Positions 54,899 to 62,786 of a stretch of DNA of 62,786 nt are shown here, piece by piece (position 1 is the first letter of the stretch; each line of letters starts with the position of its first letter). The stretch spans positions 1-62,786 of the forward strand of contig JAHFHZ010000002.1 in NCBI GenBank assembly GCA_023246715.1, given 5' to 3'. Below the pieces are notes generated by a model, which saw nothing but the letters and a program-made list of their open reading frames with translations, made no database searches and had not been told where the DNA came from. Origin of the DNA: Candidatus Magasanikiibacteriota bacterium. Its GTDB lineage: Bacteria; Patescibacteriota; Patescibacteriia; Magasanikbacterales; GWA2-37-8. Both the position numbers and the translations under genes were made by a program.

Positions 54899-55348
54899 CT
54901 ATCTTTTGGCGATGGCCACCACGAGCACCCGGCAATCGGCTTCCAGACCATGCGGGAGCTTCACTCGTATATTGTACTGGCCGGCATTTTTGATTGGCGG
55001 CACAACCAATTGACTCTTTTTTACGGCGTAACCCAACTCCTGGAGTCGACCCGCAATTTTTTGACTATTCAAAGCGGCGTAAAGTACCCCCACCTCATTA
55101 GCCTTTTCATTAAATTCTACCTCAAGTCCGTCTATATTTTCGGCCAACTGTTCGGCTTCTTTTAGCTCGCGCGCTGAAGCGGTGGCCTCTTGTTTTTGAC
55201 GCGTACCCACGTTTTTAAGGCTTTGAGTTGAAGCGGCAACAGCCAAATGCCGGGGAAATAAAAAATTCCGGGCATGGCCTTCGGAAACTTCTTTGACATC
55301 GTCGGGCCCCCCTAGTCCCGGGACATTTTCGAGCAGAATGACTTTCAT
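54899..55348 (-). CDS. rplI: 50S ribosomal protein L9
   Basis: MKVILLENVPGLGGPDDVKEVSEGHARNFLFP matches the L9 N-domain; 149 aa. Confidence 0.9.
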   Translation of the reverse strand: MKVILLENVPGLGGPDDVKEVSEGHARNFLFPRHLAVAASTQSLKNVGTRQKQEATASARELKEAEQLAENIDGLEVEFNEKANEVGVLYAALNSQKIAGRLQELGYAVKKSQLVVPPIKNAGQYNIRVKLPHGLEADCRVLVVAIAKR

Positions 55349-55436
55349 AGGAGCCTACCCCTTGATTTATTCACCTTAAAATTATACTATAGCGGCGCTG
55401 AAAAGGCAACCAATTTTGCAAGACTATTTATTATAT

Positions 55437-56309
55437 ATGGAAACTTCGCCCACCTCTCTGCTCAAATCCGGCCTGGTTACCCTGGTTGGCCGTTCTAACG
55501 TGGGAAAATCCACGCTACTTAACACCCTGATCGGCACTAAGCTGGCCGCCGTTACCCACAAGCCCCAAACCACCCGCCAGATTATACACGGCGTTTTGAA
55601 CACTCCGGAAGGGCAGGCGGTGTTCGTGGATACCCCGGGTGTTTTTAAAGAACGGCGCGACGCTTTGTCGGGCACCCTGACCCGCCGCGTACACGAGGCT
55701 TTGCGTGATATCAATATCGTGGTGTATGTTGTTGACCCGGTGAAAGCCATCGGCGCGGAAGAACGGTCAATTTTAGCGATGCTCCGGCCGCTCACTATTC
55801 CTAAAATTTTGGTCATCAATAAATCAGATTTACCAGCCAAAGAAAAATTATACCTGGCCGATTACATTGATTTGGCAGCGGATTTTACGGCGGTCTTTGA
55901 ACTCTCGGCTTTAGAAAAACGACATATTCAACCCCTGGTGGCAAAAATATTCGAACTACTGCCGCTGGGCGAAGCGTTTTACCCACTCGATCAGCTTACC
56001 AATATCGACAAATACTATTGGGTAGCCGAGGTGGTGCGCGAAAAAATATTTTTGGCGCTGCGCGAAGAAGTCCCCTACACCACGCACGTGGAAATCACCG
56101 ATATTGAAGATAAGCCCGACGTATTTGTGATCAAGGGAACCGTGTATACTTCGGATAGCCGCTACAAAAAAATGATTATCGGCACGGGTGGCCGGGCGCT
56201 CAAAGAAATTGGCATCGCGGCGCGCAAAGAACTGGCCACGGCTTTGAACCGCAAAGTGTTTCTGGAATTGGAAGTGGAAACGGATAAACATTGGATTGAA
56301 CGGGTCTAA
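55437..56309 (+). CDS. era: GTPase Era
   Basis: G1 GRSNVGKSTLLN, G3 DTPG, G4 NKSD and a C-terminal KH domain. The ATG at 55437 is preferred over the TTG at 55416. Confidence 0.92.
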   Translation: METSPTSLLKSGLVTLVGRSNVGKSTLLNTLIGTKLAAVTHKPQTTRQIIHGVLNTPEGQAVFVDTPGVFKERRDALSGTLTRRVHEALRDINIVVYVVDPVKAIGAEERSILAMLRPLTIPKILVINKSDLPAKEKLYLADYIDLAADFTAVFELSALEKRHIQPLVAKIFELLPLGEAFYPLDQLTNIDKYYWVAEVVREKIFLALREEVPYTTHVEITDIEDKPDVFVIKGTVYTSDSRYKKMIIGTGGRALKEIGIAARKELATALNRKVFLELEVETDKHWIERV

Positions 56310-56318
56310 CATATTATT

Positions 56319-56346
56319 AAAACCGACCCATTCACTGGTCGGTTTT
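56319..56346. terminator. Bidirectional intrinsic terminator between era (+) and the S41 peptidase (-)
   Basis: aaaaccgacc-cattcact-ggtcggtttt followed by a T-run. Confidence 0.7.
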
Positions 56347-56370
56347 TTTATTGCTTATTTTTTGATTATC

Positions 56371-57624
56371 CTATTTCTTTTTCATCAGTTCCAGCGCCTT
56401 ATTCAGCACCGTATCCACGCCAGGTTTTTCCTTTTCGGGATCAAGCTTGATTACCACGTTCGGAACAACGCCTTCTTTGTTAATATTTTTGCCGTGCGGC
56501 GTGTACCATTCGGCCACTGTAATCTTCAGCGCCGAACCGTCGGAAAAATTTTCTAATCCTTGAACCGATCCTTTACCAAAGGTGGTTTCACCGACAATTT
56601 GCGCGGCGCCATAATCTTGCAAGGCGCCCGCCACGATTTCGGAGGCCGAGGCGGACCCACGATTTACCAGAACAATTGTTTTGATTCCTTTTAGGCGGTG
56701 CGCCCCGGTGGTTGGGTGATTTTGCGAAAGACCGTTCAAGCCGCGCTCGCTGACGATCGCGCCGTCGGCAATCCACTCGCTGGCCACGTCTACCGCGGCC
56801 TCTAAATATCCACCCGGGTTATTGCGTAAATCCAGAATAATACCTTTGGCCTTTTGTTTTTTTATTTCATTAATGGTGGAATCTAACTTCAAGAGCAGCT
56901 GGTCGTTAAACTGGGAAATTTGCAAATAAGCAATGCCGCCGGGCTTCCAGGTAAGCTTTATCGAGGGGATATTAATTTTCGCGCGAACAATTTTAAATTC
57001 TTGCGGCTTGGTGAATCCGGTACGGTTCACGGTTAATACCACCGTGGTGCCACCCGGGCCCCGGATTTTGCTGACGGCGGTTTCTAAATCCATGCCCAGT
57101 GTTGATTCTTTATCGATCAACAAAATTTTGTCTTGCGGTTTGAGCCCGATTTTTTCGGCTGGCGCGCCTGACAGCGGCGAGATAACAATTAGTTGGGAAT
57201 TTTTATCTAAACCAACTTCGGCGCCGATGCCCTCGAGCTCGCCCGAGAGGCCTTGAGAAAATTCAGTAGCTTCTTTCGGCGGCAGATAGGTGGTGTACGG
57301 ATCGCCCACGGCCGCGACCATCCCCTGGATCGCGCCATAAAATAAATCACTGTCTTTAACGGGCTGATGAACGTATTTTTGTTTGACTTCATCCCACACT
57401 TTCCAGAACTGATTAAAGTCAACGGTACTCACCGGCTGCACGGCGCGGTTAATATTCACCGCCACCGAACCGCCCGTACTTTGAGCTTTGGTAACGTTTT
57501 CGCTGTTCTGCCCCCGGCCGATAATTACGCCGCCGGTAAAAGCGGCGATCACCACGATAGTGGCCACATACGAGCTGACATAGCGCAGAGCTCTATTTTT
57601 AATCGGAGAAGAGTTACTGTCCAT
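56371..57624 (-). CDS. S41-family C-terminal processing (tail-specific) peptidase
   Basis: N-terminal anchor, a PDZ region, and catalytic blocks NRGSASASEI and ETTFGKGSVQ. Confidence 0.88.
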   Translation of the reverse strand: MDSNSSPIKNRALRYVSSYVATIVVIAAFTGGVIIGRGQNSENVTKAQSTGGSVAVNINRAVQPVSTVDFNQFWKVWDEVKQKYVHQPVKDSDLFYGAIQGMVAAVGDPYTTYLPPKEATEFSQGLSGELEGIGAEVGLDKNSQLIVISPLSGAPAEKIGLKPQDKILLIDKESTLGMDLETAVSKIRGPGGTTVVLTVNRTGFTKPQEFKIVRAKINIPSIKLTWKPGGIAYLQISQFNDQLLLKLDSTINEIKKQKAKGIILDLRNNPGGYLEAAVDVASEWIADGAIVSERGLNGLSQNHPTTGAHRLKGIKTIVLVNRGSASASEIVAGALQDYGAAQIVGETTFGKGSVQGLENFSDGSALKITVAEWYTPHGKNINKEGVVPNVVIKLDPEKEKPGVDTVLNKALELMKKK

Positions 57625-57672
57625 AGGATATATTTATTACAGAATAGACTTAGGCGACTAGCAACGGCGAGT

Positions 57673-58977
57673 TTATTTACATACTTCAATTTTGGCGCCC
57701 ACGCTATTGAGCGTTTGATATAAATCTTCGTAGCCACGATCAATCATATAGGTATCGTTGAGCCGGGAGTGCCCTTTAGCGGCCAGCATACAAATAAGCA
57801 CGTTCACTGCCGGGCGCAGCGCGGGGGGGCATTTCAGTTCGGCACCGCGCAACTTCACCGGGCCTTCGACCCACAAACGATGCGGATCAAGCAGCGTAAT
57901 CTTGGCGCCTAATTTTTGCAGATCAAGCGCGTAGACCGCCCGGTTTTCATAGGCCCAATCATGTACCAAGGTGCGGCCCTTGGCCTGGGTGAGCATGGGA
58001 ATAAACAACGGCAGATTATCGATGTTTAAACCCGGGAACGGACGGCCATAAATTTTATCTGGCAGCGCGACTAGGCGACTAGGAAAAACAGTTATGTCCG
58101 CAATGGTGAATTTTTTATTTTTGGAAACCCGCTTGTTCTTGATCACATACTTAAGGCCCATCACTTCGAGTTTGCAGAGTTCTAATTCCAAAAATTCCAG
58201 CGGGCAGTTAGTAACGCTGAGCTCGGAACGGGTGGTGATCGCCGCAGATAAATACGTCAGAGCCGCGATTGGGTCGGGCATGATCGGATACGCCGATACT
58301 TCACGCAGTTGCTTAACGCCGGTGATAGTAAGCGTGGTAGTACCGATGCCTTTAATTTTGGCGCCCGCGCTGTTTAAAAAATAGCACAAATCCTGCACCA
58401 TGTAATTGGCCGACGCCATTTTAATGATAGAGACACCTTTGGCAAGCACAGCCGCCAGAATGGCGTTTTCGGTAGCAGCGTCACCCGACTCGTACATCAC
58501 TATGTCGGCGGCCGTGAGTTCGGCCGCGCTTTTGACTTCGTAATATTCGGGGCGCGAAACAACTTCGACGCCGAACTTGCGCAACGCGTACCAATGGGGG
58601 CGCACGGTGCGCTTGCCCAGATGGCAACCGCCTGATTTGTACAGTTTAAAATGACGCACGCGGGCGGCAAGCGATCCGGCAAACAAGAGCGAGGCGCGCA
58701 CGCTACGGCAGGCAGCCCGATCAATAGATTCCAAACGTAGCGGCCCACTGGCATCTACCCGCACCTGATGGTCGCGGGGGCGCGTAATTTTCACGCCGAT
58801 ACTCTGCAGCAATTCCAGCAAACGGTCGACTTCTTCGATCTGGGGAACGTCGGTAAGGGTGGTAGTACCTTTAATTAATAGCGTCGCTGAAAGAATAGAA
58901 ACAGCCGAATTTTTATTCGACTGATTGACAATAGTTCCATGTAATTTTCGGCCGCCCTGGATCAATAAATGCGACAT
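57673..58977 (-). CDS. murA: UDP-N-acetylglucosamine 1-carboxyvinyltransferase
   Basis: The N-terminal LIQGGRKLHGTIVNQSNKNSAVSILSATLL and the catalytic-loop Cys in KSGGCHLGKRTVRPH fit the EPSP/MurA fold; 434 aa. Confidence 0.88.
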   Translation of the reverse strand: MSHLLIQGGRKLHGTIVNQSNKNSAVSILSATLLIKGTTTLTDVPQIEEVDRLLELLQSIGVKITRPRDHQVRVDASGPLRLESIDRAACRSVRASLLFAGSLAARVRHFKLYKSGGCHLGKRTVRPHWYALRKFGVEVVSRPEYYEVKSAAELTAADIVMYESGDAATENAILAAVLAKGVSIIKMASANYMVQDLCYFLNSAGAKIKGIGTTTLTITGVKQLREVSAYPIMPDPIAALTYLSAAITTRSELSVTNCPLEFLELELCKLEVMGLKYVIKNKRVSKNKKFTIADITVFPSRLVALPDKIYGRPFPGLNIDNLPLFIPMLTQAKGRTLVHDWAYENRAVYALDLQKLGAKITLLDPHRLWVEGPVKLRGAELKCPPALRPAVNVLICMLAAKGHSRLNDTYMIDRGYEDLYQTLNSVGAKIEVCK

Positions 58978-59068
58978 ACAAAGGTAAAAACTGATTATTT
59001 TGACGCTGGAGCCATTTATACAGTACTATTAACTATACTGAAATTAACTGTTAAAGTCAAAAGTCGCT

Positions 59069-60427
59069 ATGGAATATCCTGGCAGCGTTTTAACCCGCAA
59101 ATGGCGCCGTGGGCTGCTCTGTTTTTTTATTGCCACGTTCCTGATAACTACCCCGATTATTGTCCTGTACACCTCGGGCTACCGCTATGATTGGCATAAC
59201 GGACTTTTGAAACAAACCGGCGCTCTGAGCCTGGACATGCAACCTCGTGACGCTGAATTATATATTAATAACGAACGGATTATCGGCCTGGCACCATTTC
59301 GGTTTAAAAATATTGCTCCCGGCCACTACCACGTGCGCCTAACGGCAACGGGTTACTACTCCTGGGAAAAAGAAATTGACATCCGGGAAAAACAAACGAC
59401 CTATTTGAAGGATATTGAACTGATTGCCAAGAGTAGAGCGGAATTGATCGCCGAGGGCCCCATCACCCAACTTTTTTTATCACCCGACGAACGCACTCTT
59501 TTATACGCGCTACCGAGCGCTACCAGCACCGCCTGGCATTTGCTGGATACTCCGAGTCAGCAAAGTAGAGTAATTTTTCGTGGCCCCTCCACCCAAAACG
59601 CTCAAACAGCGTGGGCAAAGAAACAAAGTTTCGCGGCCTGGAGCATGCCAGGCACCACAACAGCCAAGTTGGCGATAGCCAACACGAACGAAGGTTCGGC
59701 CGCAGTGGTCGCGGAGATCGAAAATGGTTCGGGTTTTTATTGGCAAGAAAATGGAGCGGTTCCGCTCTTATATTACCGTTTTGAGAATCAACTTATTACG
59801 TACAACCCCCTGACCGGCCAACATACCCAGGCAGGTGAACTGGCGGCGCTGGACTGGAGCGTGTATCGTGACCAGATCTGGACATTGACCCAGACCTCGT
59901 CTACCGCTCCACTTATTATTACCAAAGATGCTTTGGGTTTTAGCACCGTTTTTGGGCAATTAACAAATGACGCGTTGAGAGAACGAGCGTCCGAGCTTGA
60001 GCAGTGGCGCCTGGAACTAGTGTACGAGGGCGGCGTACTTTTAAAAAATAATGCAACAAACCAACTTTATATTCTCAGCGAGGCGGGCGGGCGGTTGTTG
60101 CCGGGCAGCGGCACCACCTTGCTTTCACCATTTGGCAATTGGCTCTTGTGGTGGAATGATTCAGAGCTCTGGAGTTACTTGCCCAGCGAAGAACCACAAT
60201 TATTAAAACGTTCAGGCGAACGACTGCAGGCGATTACGCCGCTGGACACCTTTAACACGCTGGCTCTGGCCACAGCTCAGGGAGTAAAGGCCTTGTTCCC
60301 CTACTATTTGGTTGAAACTGAACTGCCCATTAGCGCCACCAATCTGGTGGCAGCCGTGGAACAACGCTGGCTGTACGTAGTCGGCAGCGCGCAGAATAAA
60401 ATGGGGCTGTGGAAACTGGCTTATTAA
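59069..60427 (+). CDS. PEGA-domain membrane-anchored protein
   Basis: N-terminal TM, then a PEGA-like beta module (AELYINNERIIGLAPFRFKNIAPGHYHVRLTATGYYSWEKEIDI). The rest is unassigned. Confidence 0.6.
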   Translation: MEYPGSVLTRKWRRGLLCFFIATFLITTPIIVLYTSGYRYDWHNGLLKQTGALSLDMQPRDAELYINNERIIGLAPFRFKNIAPGHYHVRLTATGYYSWEKEIDIREKQTTYLKDIELIAKSRAELIAEGPITQLFLSPDERTLLYALPSATSTAWHLLDTPSQQSRVIFRGPSTQNAQTAWAKKQSFAAWSMPGTTTAKLAIANTNEGSAAVVAEIENGSGFYWQENGAVPLLYYRFENQLITYNPLTGQHTQAGELAALDWSVYRDQIWTLTQTSSTAPLIITKDALGFSTVFGQLTNDALRERASELEQWRLELVYEGGVLLKNNATNQLYILSEAGGRLLPGSGTTLLSPFGNWLLWWNDSELWSYLPSEEPQLLKRSGERLQAITPLDTFNTLALATAQGVKALFPYYLVETELPISATNLVAAVEQRWLYVVGSAQNKMGLWKLAY

Positions 60428-60439
60428 AATACAAAACGT

Positions 60440-60856
60440 ATGAAACTAACAACCTTCACCGATGGCGGCGCGCGCGGTAATCCGGGGCCAGCAGCGGCCG
60501 GCGTGGTAGTAAAAGATTCCACGGGTAAAATTTTGGCAGCGTATGGGGAATACCTCGGTTTACAGACCAATAATTACGCCGAGTACAAGGCGCTGATTTC
60601 GGCGCTGCAGAAAGCCCACGAATTAGGAGCGGTCGAGGTAGACTGCATACTCGATAGCGAGCTGGTCGTGAAGCAAATGCGACGGGAATACCGGGTAAAG
60701 GAACCAGGTTTACAAAAATTGTTTATTGAAGCTTTTAACGCCAGCCAGGCATTCAAACACGTCTCGTTCCGTCACGTCCTGCGCGCCAACAACAAAGAAG
60801 CCGACGCGCAGGTAAATAAAATTCTGGATTTCGAAACTGGAATGAGTAAACGTTGA
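60440..60856 (+). CDS. rnhA: Ribonuclease HI
   Basis: FTDGGARGNPGPAAAG, NNYAEYKALI, DSELVVKQM and NKEADA carry the DEDD catalytic residues in order; 138 aa. Confidence 0.85.
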   Translation: MKLTTFTDGGARGNPGPAAAGVVVKDSTGKILAAYGEYLGLQTNNYAEYKALISALQKAHELGAVEVDCILDSELVVKQMRREYRVKEPGLQKLFIEAFNASQAFKHVSFRHVLRANNKEADAQVNKILDFETGMSKR

Positions 60857-60871
60857 ATTATTACCACCACC

Positions 60872-61687
60872 TTACCGATCTTGGTTAGAGCGAATGAGCC
60901 GTTTAATGATTCGCGGCAAACGACGCCCAGGCTTAATCGGCGCGGTAGAAGTACTCGAAGAGCTGGTTTGATAACTTGTAGTTACTTCTTTTTCTCTCTG
61001 CTCTATCGGATTATTGTTGTTTTTATCATTCTTTTGGCGCTCGCGCGGCGTTACCGGGCTAACGCCTGGTTGAGGAAGGAAGCGCCCGGTTGGAACGCGA
61101 ACTTTTTCGAGTATCTTTTTGCGGGCGGCTTCTTTTTTCTCTAAACGTTCCACGCGCAATTCCAGGCGCTGTTTTATTTTTTGCTGTAATTTTTCGTCTG
61201 TAATAGCGGCGGACTGACCAAGCTTTATCGCGCGTTCGTTGACGCGCTCTAGATCGGCCAGATGTTTTTCGATTTTATTAATTTCTCTTTCAACAGCCAC
61301 GGTTTGTTTCTGGCGGCGTTCCAGCACGGTAACTTCTTCTTCACGCCGAGCAATCTTTTTTAAATCAAACTCGGCTTTTTTGGTCGGAGTCGTTTGTAAT
61401 TTTTCTTCTACTTTTTCTAAGACTTTCTTTACTGGATAGAGCGGGGTTCCCACAGTGACCTCGGGACTTTGGTAGGCATAGGCGCCCGTACCGGTGCAGA
61501 CGGCCAAAACCAGCGCCAAAGCGCCGGCCATAACAAAACGAAAATGGCGACGTGGCGGTCGGGCAGACTGGCTAAACTGAGCGGCCGAAACAGCCGTCAG
61601 GCGATTTTTGAGCGCCTGGCGAAACTGTGGCCGAGCGCAGAGCGTTCGACGCAAACGATATAACTTGTAACGGGTTACTACATTCAT
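60872..61687 (-). CDS. Putative anti-sigma / DUF5667-like membrane protein
   Basis: 271-aa ORF whose start overlaps the sigma-factor stop by 4 nt. It has a single TM (FVMAGALALVLAVCTG), a coiled-coil ectodomain and a basic Ser-rich tail. Confidence 0.5.
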   Translation of the reverse strand: MNVVTRYKLYRLRRTLCARPQFRQALKNRLTAVSAAQFSQSARPPRRHFRFVMAGALALVLAVCTGTGAYAYQSPEVTVGTPLYPVKKVLEKVEEKLQTTPTKKAEFDLKKIARREEEVTVLERRQKQTVAVEREINKIEKHLADLERVNERAIKLGQSAAITDEKLQQKIKQRLELRVERLEKKEAARKKILEKVRVPTGRFLPQPGVSPVTPRERQKNDKNNNNPIEQREKEVTTSYQTSSSSTSTAPIKPGRRLPRIIKRLIRSNQDR

Positions 61688-62193
61688 AGATGTTCTCGTA
61701 ATTTTTTGAGGGCGCGGTGGGCAGCCACTTTAACGGCTCCCACACTTTGGCCCAGTTCATCGGCGATTTCCTGATAACTATACCCGATTAGGTAGTGTAA
61801 AGTTACAATTTTTTGTTCGGTTTCGTTCAGTTTTAGCAGCAGCTCGGCAATTTCGCGGCGAGCGGCATCTTTTTGGCATATTTCCAGGGCTTTTTTCAGC
61901 CAAATGGCGTCGGAGGGGCCGGTTTCATCTTCGGTTTCATCTTCCCCGGGGAGCGGCTGGGTGGGGCGCCGATCACGAAAATGGTTGGCCAAGTGATTGC
62001 GGGCAATCGTCATGATCCAGGCGCTGGTACTTTGCGCGCTGTCGTAATCGGCAAAATGTTGCAGCGCCTTGATAAAAACCTCGGAAACCAAATCTTCGGC
62101 CAGCTCCCGATCGGTGCCTACGCGAAAAAAAACAAAGCGATAGACTTTGTCGAAATGACGATCGTAAAAAGCGTTGAATTCTGCTTGAGACAT
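61684..62193 (-). CDS. ECF-type RNA polymerase sigma-70 family factor
   Basis: Region 2 (FDKVYRFVFFRVGTDRELAEDLVSEVFIKAL...AWIMTIARN) and region 4 HTH (YSYQEIADELGQSVGAVKVAAHRALKKL). The start is at the ATG at 62193; the longer ORF extension runs into unrelated high-GC DNA. Confidence 0.85.
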   Translation of the reverse strand: MSQAEFNAFYDRHFDKVYRFVFFRVGTDRELAEDLVSEVFIKALQHFADYDSAQSTSAWIMTIARNHLANHFRDRRPTQPLPGEDETEDETGPSDAIWLKKALEICQKDAARREIAELLLKLNETEQKIVTLHYLIGYSYQEIADELGQSVGAVKVAAHRALKKLREHL

Positions 62194-62200
62194 AAAAAAA

Positions 62201-62220
62201 GTATACCACTGGTGGTATAC
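62201..62220. promoter_or_regulatory. 20-bp palindrome immediately upstream of the ECF sigma start codon
   Basis: GTATACCAC-TG-GTGGTATAC has perfect 9-bp arms. It is separated from the ATG at 62193 only by an A7 run. Confidence 0.35.
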
Positions 62221-62293
62221 GCACGGCAACGGTTGTTTGGGAAACCGCTTATTTTTGGCACAAGCAACTTGCGAACAAAACAAGGGGCGCGGG

Positions 62294-62316
62294 CAGCTGG
62301 CAACGGGTGCCAGCTG
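62294..62316 (-). terminator. Hairpin downstream of the high-GC edge ORF
   Basis: cagctggca-acggg-tgccagctg: a 9-bp stem ~25 nt past the stop at 62342-62344. The downstream minus-strand sequence is only weakly T-rich. Confidence 0.4.
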
Positions 62317-62341
62317 GCCGCAGGGGGGGGTGGGTGACAGG

Positions 62342-62785
62342 TTACTCGTTTGGCTGGGCGGGCGGCAGGGGCAGGCTCTGCACCTGGGCGCGGCAGAACG
62401 CGGCACCGTCAGTGCCGCCCATCGCCACGCCTACCGCCTGCTCGCGGGTGTGATCCCGGCCGTCGGCGACGGGCTCCGGGGGCAGCTGCGGCAGCGTCCA
62501 GTGATCCTGGCTCGAGCCGATGCCCTTGATGTACAGCTCTGTCCGACAGCCACCACCCCAGAAAATGGCGTAGGCGTATATCGCCCATGGGCCCGCCTGC
62601 TGGACCTCCTTGGGGATCACCAGGACGTGGCGGGGGCGGGCGGTGGCCGTGGCGGCCAGCGCCCGCAGGCACTGGTTGCGCTTCGGCCCCTTCTTTTTGG
62701 GACACTTCTGGGGCGGGGGCGGCAGGGCGGCGAGCTCGTCGGCAGGAGCGCTCGGGGCGCTGAGAGCGCTGATAGCAAGGACCAA
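62342..62785 (-). CDS. Partial ORF of unknown function in about 70% GC DNA (5' end off-window)
   Basis: Open frame to the window edge; the M in the track is a TTG artefact. Pro/Ala-rich, with no recognisable motif. Overlapping alternative frames are also open, as expected in high-GC DNA. Confidence 0.35.
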   Translation of the reverse strand: MVLAISALSAPSAPADELAALPPPPQKCPKKKGPKRNQCLRALAATATARPRHVLVIPKEVQQAGPWAIYAYAIFWGGGCRTELYIKGIGSSQDHWTLPQLPPEPVADGRDHTREQAVGVAMGGTDGAAFCRAQVQSLPLPPAQPNE

Positions 62786-62786
62786 C

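Noticed and set aside
62194-62406. A 71-aa N-terminal extension of the ECF sigma ORF (the track gives 61684-62406).
   Set aside because: The extension is Cys/Pro/Arg-rich, crosses the palindrome and enters the high-GC segment. Sigma region 2 begins right after the ATG at 62193, which gives a normal 169-aa ECF factor.

Overview
This is a gene-dense 62.8-kb chromosomal segment with about 60 protein genes, short or overlapping intergenic gaps, and roughly 47-50% GC by hand-counted lines. It most likely comes from a small-genome bacterium of the Candidate Phyla Radiation / Patescibacteria. That placement is an inference from gene content: a minimal ProRS without the INS domain, many host genes lacking Shine-Dalgarno sequences, a DUF5667-type gene after an ECF sigma factor, PEGA and DUF192 proteins, and multiple PEP-utilizer fragments. 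No rRNA is present to confirm it. I saw no rRNA, tRNA or CRISPR array. The standard genetic code applies, because TGA is used as a stop.

Most genes are housekeeping:
- Energy and ion transport: atpZ-atpB, a Ca-type P-type ATPase.
- Translation and RNA modification: metG, proS, rsmI, rsmH, thiI, a NifS-like desulfurase, rplU, rplI, lepA, era.
- DNA replication and repair: dnaB, ybaB-recR, recJ, RNase HI.
- Cell envelope and division: mraZ-rsmH-ftsL, murJ, murA, an S41 protease.
- Other: tatD, cvpA, pyrG, an ECF sigma/anti-sigma pair.

An accessory surface-glycan locus lies at about 43.5-53.2 kb (GT4, GT2, DUF2304, UXS, methyltransferase, sugar-phosphate transferase, S8 protease).

The most unusual content is a split phosphohistidine-swivel system at 13.3-19.5 kb. 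Three tandem paralogs carry an unknown N-domain fused to a C-terminal PEP-utilizer mobile domain. Next to them are a stand-alone swivel fragment and a stand-alone PpsA-type ATP-grasp module. No PEP/pyruvate TIM-barrel domain occurs anywhere in the window. A fourth paralog sits inside the glycan locus.

The array is interrupted by an approximately 0.8-kb opposite-strand cassette of about 70% GC. It encodes a SixA/PGM-type histidine phosphatase with its own SD and terminator.

Other notable items:
- A soluble T4SS-coupling-protein-like ATPase with an approximately 310-aa Pro/Ser/Gly/RGG tail.
- A membrane-anchored Clp-like unfoldase with a degenerate first AAA module.
- Two copies of an approximately 70-88 bp MITE-like double-hairpin element.
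- A putative MraZ operator.
- A second high-GC segment at the right edge of the window.
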